Below, in pieces: positions 1-14,739 of a stretch of DNA of 64,000 bases. Position 1 is the stretch's first letter, and every line of letters starts with the position of its first letter. The position numbers and the translations under genes are program-made. The stretch comes from Chrysomallon squamiferum (taxonomy: Eukaryota > Animalia > Mollusca): contig CM022672.1 of assembly GCA_012295275.1 (NCBI GenBank), positions 3,100,001 through 3,164,000 on the forward strand, written 5' to 3'. Below the pieces are notes generated by a model. The model had not been told where the DNA came from. It ran no database searches and saw nothing but the letters and a program-made list of their open reading frames with translations.

Positions 1-402
1 TAATTTTTAAATATATAAAGGACTGCTGGTTTAAAGTATGTCACTTTATTAATTTTATTTTATTTTTTTTAAATATATTTTATGATGAAATATGTTTTAA
101 AAAACATATTTAGAAATTTTCAATTTCAAATGTTTTGAATTTGTTAATATTTTTTTTTTCAAAATTGAGCTACATCTACAAATCTTCATCAATATTCAGC
201 TATTTTATAAATCAATCAATTTAATCATCTCTCCTCCTTCCTTCCTTCCTTCATCACTATTAACACTTGCTGTCTTGCTGTTCTTCCCTCTCTACACTTC
301 TGTCTAAGATGCAGTCAAATAATAACCATTTCTCCTGGATTTACATTCGTCACAGCAGCAGTACAGATTAAAATTACAACAAAAAACCCTGAGTATATTT
401 AC

Positions 403-525
403 CTTTGTATGTTGGTGGACATTTACAAGTGTATGTATTAATTCCATCGATGCAGGTTGAACCGTTAGCGCACCGGTTGTGAAGACAGTCGTCAATGTTC
501 TTTTCACAGTTCTTACCCCGAAAAC
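403..525 (-). CDS. Notch: Notch exon 7, end of EGF6 and EGF7 (FRGKNCEKNIDDCLHNRCANGSTCIDGINTYTCKCPPTYK-G); gene continues beyond the window
   Basis: Acceptor atttttccag, donor GTAAAT, 123 nt, phase 1 to 1. NIDDC...C.DG.NTY.C.CPP matches Notch EGF7. Visible within ORF 374..574. Confidence 0.95.
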
Positions 526-1261
526 CTGGAAAAATACAGCAAATGTTATCTCTATTAAAAATATAAACAAACAAGTTCGTACATTAAATCTTTATTTTTT
601 TCATGAAAACCTATATAAATACACAAATAAAAATAAAAACCAAGAACAGAGAATTAATTAACAATACAAAAATCTCAGTGGGGAGTAAAAGAAGGAAAAT
701 TCTATTTTATGAAAGTTGTTTGAGTTACAAATTATCTGAGCAAAAGCAATGATTTTGAAAAGGCAGTTAAGAAATGGATAGATACCAAATTGTTTAATTA
801 AAAGAAGGATATACAGATGGATGGAATAATGATGGACAGAGGGGTGGATAACTGCAGAAACATGTACAAAATGAAGCTAGGATTGATAGCCTTACAAACA
901 AAGTGGAGGTTTGGATCATGACTGATGAGTGGGATTTAAAGTGGACTTATGGAATGTTTCAATGATTGATGGATAATCCATATTAGCATTTCTTTTTTAA
1001 ACTAAGAATGGATGTCAAAAAACAAAAATCAAAACAGTAGTAACTGCAATTCATCTATTATTTTTCTTTTTCAATCTCTCTTTTAAATCCAGTCTTTATA
1101 TGACTACAAGTGACACAAAGACAGCAGATTACCAAACTAAGTGAAAGAGTTAAACAACGTCAAGTGACATTGGCCGAAACTTCAAATTTGAGTTGTGCCT
1201 TCTCGAATAAAGATGAAATGTTTGATACGAGATTTCCATCTTTGCACTTGAGCTGACTTCA

Positions 1262-1517
<256 letters not shown>

Positions 1518-2395
1518 CTCAGTGAACAATGAAAACCAGTGAGTATTAGCTATCTGAACAGTAAACAAAGAAGCATACAGAACATTAAATTCCTGATTCC
1601 CAGGGGAAAGCCTACGTGCCTCGCCCGCTGTTTACACCAAACAGAGACTTCCGGAACACTCTGTACGCAGCAGTTCTGCTAAACCATGATTATCATTACT
1701 TAGAAACACAACTGTGTAAAAATTTCACACAGTTCAGTTAGGATTTATGTCCTAGCTGGGCTATTTTCCATTCTAGACAGTGTCCACATTATATCAAAAG
1801 GTAGTGTCAATGTTTATGACCCACTGGACTATTTCCAGTTCCAACCACTGATGATCATCAATATATAACTAATTAGAAATGCTTGATATATATGTAATAA
1901 TTTTTGTTTGTTGTCTTTTATTGTTTTCCCAATACATCCAGTTGTATATATGCCTATTTGTTTTTCAGTCCAAAATATTATTTCTTTCTTTTAATCTTGA
2001 TTCATTTCCTTTTTACTTTTTTTTTTCTTAACTTTTTTTTTTCAATTTATTTTAACTAGGCTTTTTTCTTTCTTCCCCCCCCTTCCATTTTTTTTTTTCT
2101 TTCGTGACAGGCCTAAGTTATACCTAAATATATTTCATCCATGTAAAAAGCAAGTATTGGTTCAGGAAACCAAAATCAATATGGCTGATGACAAAAGTTA
2201 TACATAACCCAAACAAAAACCACAAAACAATCTGTCTATATGAATAGCCAGCTTCTAAACATATCAGACATTATTTTCAAATCCCAGAACAATTTTACCT
2301 CAGTTCAAGGTGAGTTCCTACACAGGGGAACTAACTGACCAGTGTGTTTAACAGCACACAGTGCTTGTGTTTACAAAGTTCTGAAGTTAGACCAG

Positions 2396-2513
2396 AAAAA
2401 AGAAAGAAAGAATGGCTGAAAGAATGAAAGAAAAAGAAAGAAAGAAAGAATGGCTGAAAGAATGAAAGAAAAAGAAAGAAAGAATGAAAGGAAAGAATGA
2501 ATGAAAGAAAGAA
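2396..2513. repeat. (GAAA)n-rich repeat with an internal duplicated GAATGGCTGAAAGAATGAAAG unit
   Basis: Direct reading. Confidence 0.9.
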
Positions 2514-2789
2514 ATATTTTATTTAGTAAGAAATTTAGATATACCATTATAATAAAACTGTATGTACTTTAGCTAAGGATACATAAGAGAGAAAACCATG
2601 GGCTACTTTTTTTCAACAGGCAGCAAATTATCTCATACAGTTTTATAAAATTTAGGCACCTATTAAGTTTTATAGGTACTGATAGACAATAGATTGTGAC
2701 AATAATCATAAAAGAAAAATGTGTCATATGTTTGTATGTTTGTCTGCATATGTACACATACATACATACATACAGAGAATATTCAAATA

Positions 2790-2834
<45 letters not shown>

Positions 2835-5703
2835 GCCTACATGCCTTGTTATATTAATGTAATGTGTATGTAATTATATGTGTTTGTTTTCATGTATGCA
2901 GTTTCCCAAATAAGCACTTACAGTACTGTTAAAGAAATAAATCTTCATTCATCTGTTCTAAATACATGATTAAAGATCGTCTCATTATTTCGCTATCCTA
3001 TTCCGCAATATTTTTATACCTCTGCATTCCAATACACCCCATTAAAGTACCATACACACAAATCTGATATTTATGCATATTTTTCAATGCTGAGTAATAA
3101 AATTAAAATTTGAAAAATTAAGTCAAGTTATTTTACGTCTAGACTGTGCAAAACTTCTTTATAGCACTTTGTAAAGAAAAAACTGCCAGCCACCAATTCA
3201 GCCTACCCTATTATCAAATTGTATAGCTGATATTCTGAAAAAAAAAAAAAATATATATATATAAAGAAGAAAAGAAGAACCAACATAATCGTACCCAAAA
3301 GCTAACAAATTTTTAGTAACAACAAGGCAAAGAGAGAGAAAATAAAAGGATAATTCTTTATAAACAGTCTTTTAAAAAAGAGAAGTGAAAAAGAAACGAC
3401 ACAGAAAAGAAACTTCCATAATGGTAAGCAAAAGCTAACAAATTTTCGTGAACAACAAAGACGGTGATAATAAAAAGAGGATAAATTCGGTGTAGCTACG
3501 TGTTTAAGGTGAGTGAACAGCGAGTATTAGGTTTAACTCTTGTTACCGCAGGCCTCCATTGACTGGTGTCAATGGTCCACTGTTTCTTTTGCACACAGGT
3601 GACACAGAAAGAGACTTTTCTCACCACTGGGGGAACACTGCTGCACCAGGTAATCCAGTGCAAGTGACTTGAGAAATTCTATGGTATGCCTCGCACGGGT
3701 ACTTGACTACTCGGGTACAACACCAGCAGTATAAAAGATACTTGCATGATTTTGAAGTCTGCTTCGTCAGTAACATCTGAGGTTCTGTTTGAAAGTACTT
3801 TAATTGATTCTGGTGAATTGCTGACATAATCAGCTAGCATGGCTAATAAAAAGTAAACATGTTTTTTTGAAATATGATTTATCAGTGAGTTAAAGGAAAA
3901 TAAAAACAGATTTTGTTTATCAAGTAGATGTATCTCAATAAAAAGTTTAAGATAGCTACTGCATGGTATTTCAGAAGGGTAAATTGTAAATGAATCTATT
4001 CATGTAACAATCCATGTATTTATTCATCCAGACATTTATTCATGTAAATCATCCTTTCATCTGTCTGTATATCCGCATTCACCTGTAACAACCATCCATC
4101 CATCTCTGCATCTAACCAGCAAATATCCATATTTTTATATAAACTGTCTTTGTAAAGCATTCAAAAACTGTAACTTAATGTCTCCACATTCATTTCATAA
4201 CAAGCATCAATTAATATTTTTTTGTGTATGTCTGTGTGTTTATGTCTACATATATACATATGTATGCAAATGATTTCCTTTATGCCTAGAATTTTAAAAA
4301 TAATAATCTCTTCACAATACTAAATCTTAAATGTTAATGAATGAATCTTTCTCTTTTTTTTTAATTTGTTATTTATCTATATATATAATTAAAGTCTCCC
4401 ACTACAATTTTCACCTTTACAAATTATCACATAGGTTTTTACTACAATCCTATACATATGCCAATTATCTTTCCTTCAACAACATAATAACCTGTAAAAA
4501 TCTGCCCTATTAAAGGCAATCATCTTGTGAGAAACAAAACAAGAAAAAAGAAATCTGTCCTATTATAGACAACCATTCCATGTAAAAATCTGCCCAATTA
4601 CAGGCAATCATTCCCCCTTTCTCACATAACCTGTTATCAAACAAAATCCCTCCTCTGTTCTCCAGCATGCTGTAATAGCTCTTACACCCAGCAAGAATCC
4701 TGCTAGGAGGGGACTGCTTTGTGTGGAGTATTATCACAGATTACACAACACTCACATTACACATAACAATAATCTGTATCTACTTACCAAGGCTTATCAG
4801 TGAATGTTTTCAGTCACTAAATTAGACTGAAACAGATCCTGGTTAGGCAACATACCCGTCACTTATTTAGCTGTTATTTCACTTCTTAACAAGGCAAATT
4901 ATGAATTGGTTAAGGTTAATTAATGTAAAATTAAAAATGTGTCTGTTACGAATAAGTGTATTGGTGTATTTGTTTAACATTCACATAAACCAGGTTCGTA
5001 ACATATTAGCTATGCATTCATGACATCAACTGTGTATTATCACTTGTTATGAAAAAGTATGCTGGTATGCTTAATTAATTAATTTGCATAAAATGATGGG
5101 TTCTGTGAATGCTATAAGCAGCCTTTTGTTCTATAAATAACTTCTTATTAGCAACGAAAAGAAAGGCAGGAAAACTAGATCCTAAGGAGACAGGTATATT
5201 AGCACAGGCTTATATTTTCTATACATTTTCATTTCCTAATTGTCATATAACAACTTGTTAAGGTGCTTTTTTTTTACCTGGATTATTTTAATCCCCAATT
5301 ATACGTATAGTTTGAGTTTTCACTTACCGTAACTCTTAAATGTGTATTTTTTCATAAAATGAATTATATAGGATTCTAATGAATCAAGAATTTGCTATGG
5401 TCTTTAAGCCTGATTAGAATTATATGAATGTTAGGTTGATTATTTATTTCTTTTCTTTTCATTTTTTTTTTTCTTCTCTAGGAACATAATGTGCATGTTT
5501 TTTATTTCAGAATCATTATTCACAGATGTCTGTTTTCACAGTTTATGTGAAAGACACGTGTTTTAGCAAGTAAGAATTTAAAATATTCATTTGTTAACAT
5601 ATCCTTTAAATTCCTTCCTTCTACAATTACAATTCATGTGAAGGATAAAGCTTTAATAATAAAAAGTAAATCTCTAAATATTATGCTCGATTAATTGATG
5701 GTA

Positions 5704-5734
<31 letters not shown>

Positions 5735-6121
5735 GTGTGAGAGAAGAAGAATTGAAGAGAAAGAAAGAAAAACACAAACACTGAAACAAGAAAATAACAG
5801 AAAAGTTATAATTTGTATATTCTCTCTCTCACATAAACAGAAGCTATCCTCATATATATGAGTATTTATCTCTATCTTTGTATCTTTCTGTTTACTTCTC
5901 TCTGTCCCTCTCTATTTTCCCTTATGTTATATTAACAAATAATTGCATAAATATATATATATATATGCATTACTGCTTAACATATTTCTTTCAGTTCTAA
6001 CCAAATTTTAAATAAAAAAAATTCCACTAGCATATTTTTATCTAAAAACACCTTGAAAAAAACATCCATCATTATATATTAAACCACCAACAATTATAAC
6101 AAAAGCAAAGCACACCGCATA

Positions 6122-6122
<1 letters not shown>

Positions 6123-6191
<69 letters not shown>
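6123..6191. repeat. (CA)n microsatellite
   Basis: Direct reading. Confidence 0.97.
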
Positions 6192-6195
<4 letters not shown>

Positions 6196-8270
6196 CCGAC
6201 ACCCTATCAATTTTAAAGAGGAGAAAACAAAAAGACTCGTGAATGAAAAAAAGAGACTGTGTTTGTCATGCTGCAACTTGGAGTCAGGAGACAAGGCAGA
6301 CCTGGTAACCTTTCAGAGGACTAGTTAGCTGTGACAGATGGTGAAACTTCTGCAGTGTTCCCACATTTCAACTTGGCAGTATCTGTGTGTGCATCGGACA
6401 ACCTCATTCATAACCCTTGCCTGCAGAGCGCCTGGGTCAGCCTGCCTGAGCCACGTGGGTCACGCCCAGACAATGCTGGGATTAGGCTCCGTTAAAACCG
6501 GCCATTGTCAGAGCTGGTTACAGTTTTGTGTATTAGGGATTCGCTTACCAAACGGGATAACATCTAGACTATGTGAAACTGAAGGATATTTGTGTGTGCA
6601 AGACTGTATAATGCATAGAACTGTTTTGTAAACAATACAGTGCTGTTATTCATAAACAGTGTGTGTATATATATATATTATTGTTTGGACGGCTTGTTAA
6701 TATGCTATTGATTAACTTCATTTCGAGTGCTCCTGTTCCTTTCCAGCTCCCCACCCCTCATAGATGCCCACTGACCCCCAAAGCAGTTGTATCACCCACT
6801 TTTAAAGCGACTGATATCATTAAGTAGAATCTATTTATCTGAAAGATACAAAAATATTGTTATCTCTGTTTGTGTAAAACAATATGTGAGTGCGTGTGTA
6901 AAAGCTGAATGAATGTCTGTGTGTGTTCGTGTGTGTGTGTGTGTGTGTGTGTCTGTGTGTGTGTTTGTGTTTGTGTTTGTATGCATGTGTGAGTGAGTGC
7001 ATGTTTGTGTGTTTATAGTTCGATAAACAGATAAAAAATATGAAGTATATATTTCTTTCTTTGTTTATCAGGTAAAACATAATATACAATTTACCTGATC
7101 ACCTGATAGAAGTATACAGGTTGACAATGACTGTTGTTGTTTTAGAGGTTTTATATTTAATTTGTTGGCAACAATTTTAAACTAGACTGAAGGTTACTGT
7201 TGCATGTGACAAAGAAAATATGTATTCAGCTAATATTAATAACGTATTTGTTATTCTTATACTTTTTATTTTTATTTTTGACTTGTAGTCTTTTTTAAGT
7301 TATTTATTTACATTTGTTTTTTGTTTCACATACATTTTTAGTTTTTATTTAATTATATAAAAGTATGTGTTATGTATTATGCATTTAAAAGTAATTTAAT
7401 TTACTTTCATCTGTATTTTATTACTATTTTCTTTTAATATACACTTTATCAAATCACTGGAGTTTAATGTCTGCTTTTGGCTCACCTGATATTAAACTAC
7501 ATTTCTAGCAAGTGTTAATATTAATAAGTCATTCTTTTTTTTTTTTTAGTTTAATTTTTCTTTAGTGAGATAAGTTTCCAATTTTCAATTTGATCAGAAT
7601 TTTTGTACTGAATGGCAAGTAACATAGACGATTATTATTTTTTTTTATTATTTAACAGCTTAAAACAAATAAAGAAGATATTTATTATTCACTGTACCTG
7701 CCAAACTATATTTATTTTCATTTCATTGCTAAGACAATCTTTTAGTCATTAATTTCATAAAAACAATGCTAGAAAAAATATTAAAAAAAAAATATTAAAA
7801 AAAAAGATCAAACAATATTATACAATTACAACAACAACAATAAAAAATTACCTCAACAGGCCTTCGCATGGCTCTTTCAAACAATTATTTAACAATCAGA
7901 TGTAGAAGGTAAGTGGGTTTTTTTCTCTATTCATTTTTTTAACTACAGGACTCTGGGAAGTCTTGGGGTGGGGCACATCACACAAATACACACATGCCAG
8001 CTGATTAAGTGAAAGGAATAAAATAACTTCATAAAATTTTCTCACAAACATTTTCAATTCAAACTGAACAAATATTGTGCACAAACCCATTCAGTCACAG
8101 AGAAATGACTGTGAAAAAGCTGTAACTAAACAAACAGCCAGCAAAACAGTAAAAAAAAAAAAAAAATTGTAATTGAATAATAAAATGTGTTTAGCAAAGT
8201 AACCAGTTGGTAGATGACTGGTTAGACCACCCTGGAGCCCAGCTTGTTTTGTTTGTTTATTTTTTAATTA

Positions 8271-8359
8271 TTATTTTATTTTATTTTATTTTATTTTATT
8301 TTATTTTATTTTATTTTATTTTATTTTATTTTGTTTTGTTTTATTTTATTTTATTTTAT
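8271..8359. repeat. (TTTTA)n pentanucleotide repeat
   Basis: Direct reading. Confidence 0.95.
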
Positions 8360-10867
8360 GGTTTTGTTTTGTTTTTGTTTTTTTCATTTTAAATTATAGT
8401 ATTCATTTATTCATTTATTTTATTTTATTTTTTTATTGTTTAATTTTATTTTATTATAAAGGCCAATGAAGAATGGCGGAAAAAAAAAAAAATACAAATC
8501 ACTGTAAAAAAAAATTATTTTTATTTTTTTTTTTTTTTTTTTTTTTTCTTATTTTTTTTTTTTTTTTTTTTTTATTTATTTATTTTTTTTTTTTTTAATA
8601 CAACTATAAAAGCCAATAAACAATGGCTGAAAATACAATAAATCACAACCAGTTTGCTCTAATTTCCCCCCACACTGTCCTGGATTTCCCATTCTAGCTA
8701 GGGCTTGTATATCAAAGATGATTTATGTGTATTCCTGAATATAAAGATCTCGTGCTGCTATCAGTTTGCAGCGTATTTTCAATACAAACAGCATTTCCAA
8801 CATTTTTGTGCTTGTTACTGCTAATAAAAATGACACTAAGAAAAAAATGCTGGCTATTTTTTTCTATTCTTCCAATCTGTCATTGACAAAAATGCTGATC
8901 TGTTATTAACAAACAAACAAAATATGGTGACTATATTTCTGTTCTTCCAATATCTAATTAACAAAAATAATGATCCATTATTAACAAAAACTGGAGACCA
9001 TTTTTAAAATTATTTCAACCTTTCATAACCACAATAAAAAAAATAATAATAATAAAAAAAAAAAAATATGCAAAACAAAAAGAAAATGACATCATTAAGA
9101 ATCGTGATAGACATTTCAAATCTTTCACCTTTCATTAACACCAGCTATGAAGGTTTATTATCATCTGGACAGTTATGTTCTGCTAGAGGCCACACATTGA
9201 TAAATAAATCTTCCCCTTGCATCATGTGTACAGATAGAACAGGCCATATCTCACACTAATGGCCATAAATAAATACGTGATGCAATGTAATGTCCAGCCG
9301 TTAACATCAAACAGTTCACAATAATTCAATACAGAGAAGTAGCTTCTCAGCTGTCTCCAACACAACTGTGTTGTCAAGTCAGAGACTGCAGGCCATGACA
9401 GGCATGTTTGAACAGTTCTCAAGTCGGAAATATGTTTAAATTTACCCAAATTTGACAAAAACAAAACTACGATTTTTTTTTTATATATATATTTGTTTCT
9501 GTGTGTGTGTGTGTGTGTGTGCACATAGATATCCTACACAGAGAGATAGACCGACAGATAGAATCTTTGGAAATGGATATAACATATGAATGGAAGGAAA
9601 AATGGAAAACACATTAAAACATGTAGATAAACACAGAAACAAATAAATAACTCCACAAAGAACAGAAATGAAAAGTACAAAGAATTAATTTTCAACAGGA
9701 GGTCTGCACATTAAAGTAAATAAATACTGAACTATTCAAAAAAAGAAATAAATAAATAAATAAATAAATAAAAGAATTTTAGAAAAATGTCTACACGAGG
9801 ATACATATTTAAATATGCTTCATTCCCTAGATGCTAGAAAACCTGTTAACAAAGAGAGCATTATAATCCCCAGTGATTTATAAAATACAAGCATGCACAT
9901 ACATTAATATTTCATCAGCTGGGTATGGTATTAAACAACACATTATACATCTTCATTGACACTGATGTAAGCAATGCATATACATAAACATACATACATA
10001 CAAATCAAAAACGAATAGTTTTATCGTTAGTGAAGATTTATCAGCTGCTTATGATAATAACTTACTATTAAATATTAAAGTCATTCATCAAGCGTCGACA
10101 CTGACTCATCAGCCAGGTACAGAAACACGCACAGAAATCAAAAACGAATCAAGTTATTAAGATTACAGTTGCAGTAACTCATCTTGTCTTGATAAGTAAT
10201 GCCTGATGCTGCATTTTAATATAATTTGTTTGTGTTTGTGCAGCAGTGTGTGTGTGTATCTGTGTGTGACTCTTTTTGTATATGTATATAACTGATGAAT
10301 ATTATGTTCTCATATACAGATCAATATGTACCCATATATTTATATATAATTAGTGTGTATGTTTTATTCATTGATATATTTATGAATCTACTCTATCTTT
10401 GAAAATTTGAAGAAAAGAAAAGTCTTACACTAATATTAAGTATGATTTTATAAAACCAATAATCTCCTATTTTCTTCTTCTTCTTCTTCTTCTTATTATT
10501 ATTATTGTTTCATTTAAAAAAAAAAAACAATAATTCTAGTTCTCATAAGCTGTGTTTATTGCTAATAAAGCACAAAAGCCATGTAATGTTATTTCATTCC
10601 TAGCTGGATTAGTTTACATGAGATAAAGATCAGTTCGATAAAGCCGGCCATTATTTATGTCCATATAGCATGATACAGAGCAGTTTCTACTTGGAACAAA
10701 TCTGAGTCAATGTGTGGCTTATAAGTGTGAGATTCTTTCACCTGGCTTTACCTGTCCAGTCACCTACATCACAAGCAAACTCATTAACCTGGCCCATTGG
10801 TTTCACAGCATGAGTTTAGACACAGTGCATATGTATATATTTGTAAACAGACAAACAGTATCTCACA

Positions 10868-10925
<58 letters not shown>

Positions 10926-11742
10926 ACACGTGTATGGATGTATTAAATTTTATTATTTCTGTTTTGTTGGAGTTTTTAACTTAATTCTTTTTCTTTTTTT
11001 TTTCTTTTTTTTGGCATTCCTTTGTGAATAATTATAATATCTGGTTTCATTATTTGATATGCTGTACATATTTTGAAGGGTAGGAAGAGTGGGTAAGAAA
11101 GGCAGGAAAATTTCTAACAGCACAATTGAAGTATCACATTCTCTTATTAGACAAATTCTAAATTTAAACACACAAATGTCTCATGCAGGTGTTAAAAGTA
11201 TCAGTCTATCTGTTTTGTTGTTGTTGTTCTCTTTAGGGTATTGTTTTGTTTTGGGTGCTTTTTTGTATTTGAATTATTATTACTTCATATAACACGTACT
11301 TTTTGTTTTGAACCAAATATCTTCAGATATTGATAATTTTAACTCACTAAGTTTATTGGTGTCGTGATTATATTTATATTATTACTTTATTATTTTTATT
11401 ATTAATAATACATGTATATATGAGAGGCTTTCAGTGTTGTTTCTTGACTGCCACCTAACAGGTAGATGTGAAAAGGTGAATGTTTCTGTGTGTGGGAAAA
11501 GATACTAGTACCTGTGTGTGACAAACTACTTGTGTGTAAAATGCACACAAACTGTGTGAATACACAGACAGGTACATGACATCTGCACAGTCTGTTCAAT
11601 AGAAGAGACTAATTAAAACACGAGTGACTGAATAAAGTGACTGTTAGAAATATTTCAGTTAAGATGTCAGTTAAGTAACTAATGTTTGTGTGCACAGGAA
11701 ACAAGACAGAGACACGGAAAAGAGATAGAGAATGAGAAATTA

Positions 11743-11774
11743 GAGAGAGAGAGAGAGGGGGAGAGAGGGGGGGA

Positions 11775-11827
<53 letters not shown>
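11743..11827. repeat. (GA)n microsatellite with G runs
   Basis: Direct reading. Confidence 0.95.
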
Positions 11828-11831
<4 letters not shown>

Positions 11832-12044
11832 CAGACAATAGTAACTAAACATCCAATCAAATACACAATCAGTGTTTTAAAATATTAATTTGCTGCAAGG
11901 TTCACTCTTTGTTCCTCTGGCTTACAGGTAATTTGCAAATCAAGTGTGTCTGATAGCTAACTAATCAGTGGATGGACTATAATCAGCCTGCAGGCTGTGT
12001 GGCAGTGATATCATGCCCTCCAGTAGACTTGGCTAACAAGACCA

Positions 12045-12340
12045 GTAACATTATTGCTTTTTGTCATTAATAAACACCAACTGTTACCACGCAAGTGATT
12101 ATTTGACACCATTACTTTTTTTTATCACCTGTATAAACTGAAAATTGTTATCATTCAACTGATCATCTCACATTATTGCTTTTTTCATTACCTGTAAACT
12201 GAATTGTTACCATTCAAGTGATTACATAAGATCGTTACTTTTGAACCATTTGTAAAATGAATTATTATAATTCAAGTGAATACCCAACTGTGTGTTTTGT
12301 CAACTGTTAATTTAAAACTTTTGTTATTCAAGTGATATTT
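12045..12340. repeat. Degenerate tandem repeat, period about 57-60 bp, about 5 copies
   Basis: Recurring aa(c/t)tgttacc..caagtgatta and c(a)cctgtaaactgaa motifs. Confidence 0.75.
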
Positions 12341-12441
12341 TTACAATTTTTATTTTTTTTAAATGTTCATTATAATGGCTGTATCTAAATTTTATTCTAT
12401 GAAATTACATATAAAATTCATTGAAATGAAAATAAATTTGA

Positions 12442-12474
<33 letters not shown>

Positions 12475-13189
12475 AATTTGTAAATATGTGAATGTTAAAA
12501 AACAAATATATATTTTAAAATGTCTTCTGTATGACCAGATTTGAAAGTATCTGATGAGTTCCCATGATTACTGTTATTATTTAGTAATGAGTTCTTTATG
12601 AAGTTTGCATGTGTTTGGTCTGTTTGTCTATACATATGTTTTTAAGTGCATGTGGTAGGTCATATACATATATATATATATATTTTATATATATTTATGT
12701 ATTGAATATGTATGCATATATTTGCAGGTAATCATGTATACCCATGAATAATACATTCATATTCTTAATTTTTTTTTTAAATTTTTTTTAAACTCTGTAT
12801 CAGATGATATGAAGTCAGCGACCTAACACAAAAATCTCTTCTCACTGTTCGGTTTTACTGCTGTATTATTTGAACCACCTCCGCTGCAGTTAACACTAGT
12901 TCACTGCTACATGTTACAGCATTCATATACATGTGACAATAAGAAGTGGTCATTAAAACCAGTGTGTGATTCACTTCTGAGCTATTTTCACTGTATGAAT
13001 AAAAGAAATCTCTCTGGGCTGATTCAGCGCTGTGTGCGATCAAAGACCCACTGTGAAAACAATTACTTACGTGACACGAGTTTGCCAACAGGAATATTAT
13101 ACTTGACTTTGCAACAGTGTAGGGCAGACACTTTGTGTGAGTGTGTCTGTGTGAGAGAGAGTGTGTGTGTGTGCGTGTGTGCACGTGTG

Positions 13190-13220
<31 letters not shown>

Positions 13221-13797
13221 AAGTGTTGTGTGTGAATGTGTTCTTCCGTACATGTATATAAGTGTCACGTGTGTCTGTATGTATGTGTGTTTTAGTGAGT
13301 TTCTGCTTGTATTTGTTTCTGTGAGGTGTCTTCTGTATTTATAAATGTTTCTGTTAGAGGTGTGTGTGTGTGTGACTATGTGTGTGTGTTTGTGAAAACA
13401 TACAGGCTGAAAGAAACAGGACAGAGATGGAGAAAAAGAGTTCACAAGAAATTTAAAAAAAAAAAAGAGAAAAAAAAAAGAGAGACACAAAAATTTGACT
13501 CAGATACAGATGTAAAATAAATCCCAGAAAGATAAATATTTCCATAATCACTTAATAGTCTCTAATTATCCTGTTACATTCATCCCTTTCAGCCAACAGC
13601 TTTTCTCAAAATACAAACACTGACACACAGAGAGGAAACGAAGGAAGGAGTGTGTTACTGATAAACAGTATTAAAATAGCTGTATCAGTTAAAAACACTG
13701 CCCTACCCACTCTGACCAGTGTTTTCACTGTGAACTACGTTGACATCTACAACGTGGGACGACGATGACAACATACACACAGCAGTGCTGCTATGCA

Positions 13798-13798
<1 letters not shown>

Positions 13799-13855
<57 letters not shown>

Positions 13856-13862
13856 ATATATA
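13799..13862. repeat. (TA)n microsatellite
   Basis: Direct reading. Confidence 0.97.
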
Positions 13863-14739
13863 CAGCAGTACCATTGTAATGTAAATACAACTAATACAAC
13901 AGTACTTGTACTAATGTGAATACAGTGGAACTGTTACAGTGTGGGAACATTCCCAGTGATATTGGATTTGATATATTACCATGTTGATATCTGTGATCTG
14001 GTTTGATATTGTTATACTGATAGTAAACACGCTCAGATCTGAAAGGTGCCATGGCACTTGTAACCTGTGTATTTTGTTGTGCTGTAAATGTGTGTTATAA
14101 ATAATGTAATGCTGAAATGTCTGTTGAAGAATGCTGTCATGTTCAGATCACCACGTCAGGAGCAAGTAAAGTGTTCTTACTGGAAGAGTGGTTGGTTTAC
14201 TGAGGTTTTACATTTTCTAGTGTTTGATGTATCACAGGAATTCTTTGATTATTGGGGGAATTAAGGTTTAATTAAGGAGTCCAGTTTTGAAATATGTGTG
14301 TGTTCATGTGTGTGACTGTTATGCTAAAATAACTGTATTAAAATTAATATACAGAAACTGTTTTGTTGTACTGTAATAACTATTTTAACTGAAATTATAC
14401 TAATAAATTCTACAAACACAACAAAACCATGACACTGAAATAGCTGTTGTACTGTATTAACTATAAAAATATTACTGCAGTTATGTATTTCAGTGGAAAA
14501 ACCCCCCAGCCCTGCACCATAACAGCTACTTTCACATGTGAACAGCGTTGACAACAGCAGCCTTCGATGATGTACTCAAAGGTCAGGTCTGCTCTGTGTT
14601 GTCATTAGCTGGCGGATGCACTAATGTCGACTATTCACGGTTTCCTTCCTGCCTGCTGCCTGACGTAAACCACGACCAGCAAACACATCACAGTCCAAAC
14701 AGTGTGACAACGTCACCATTGTCATCAGCTTGCAGATGA

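Noticed and set aside
304-570. Alternative reading frame open across exon 7
   Set aside because: A short shadow frame with no independent support. It matters only if the 2-nt microexon is real.
11905-11933. polyY-CAG|GTAATT resembling a ratchet site
   Set aside because: It is on the plus strand, antisense to Notch. It shows that such motifs can arise by chance.
13940-13957. TGTGGGAA-CA-TTCCCAGT as a paired CSL site
   Set aside because: The 2-nt spacer is far from the 15-17 nt required and the second half-site is mismatched. Counted as a single site.
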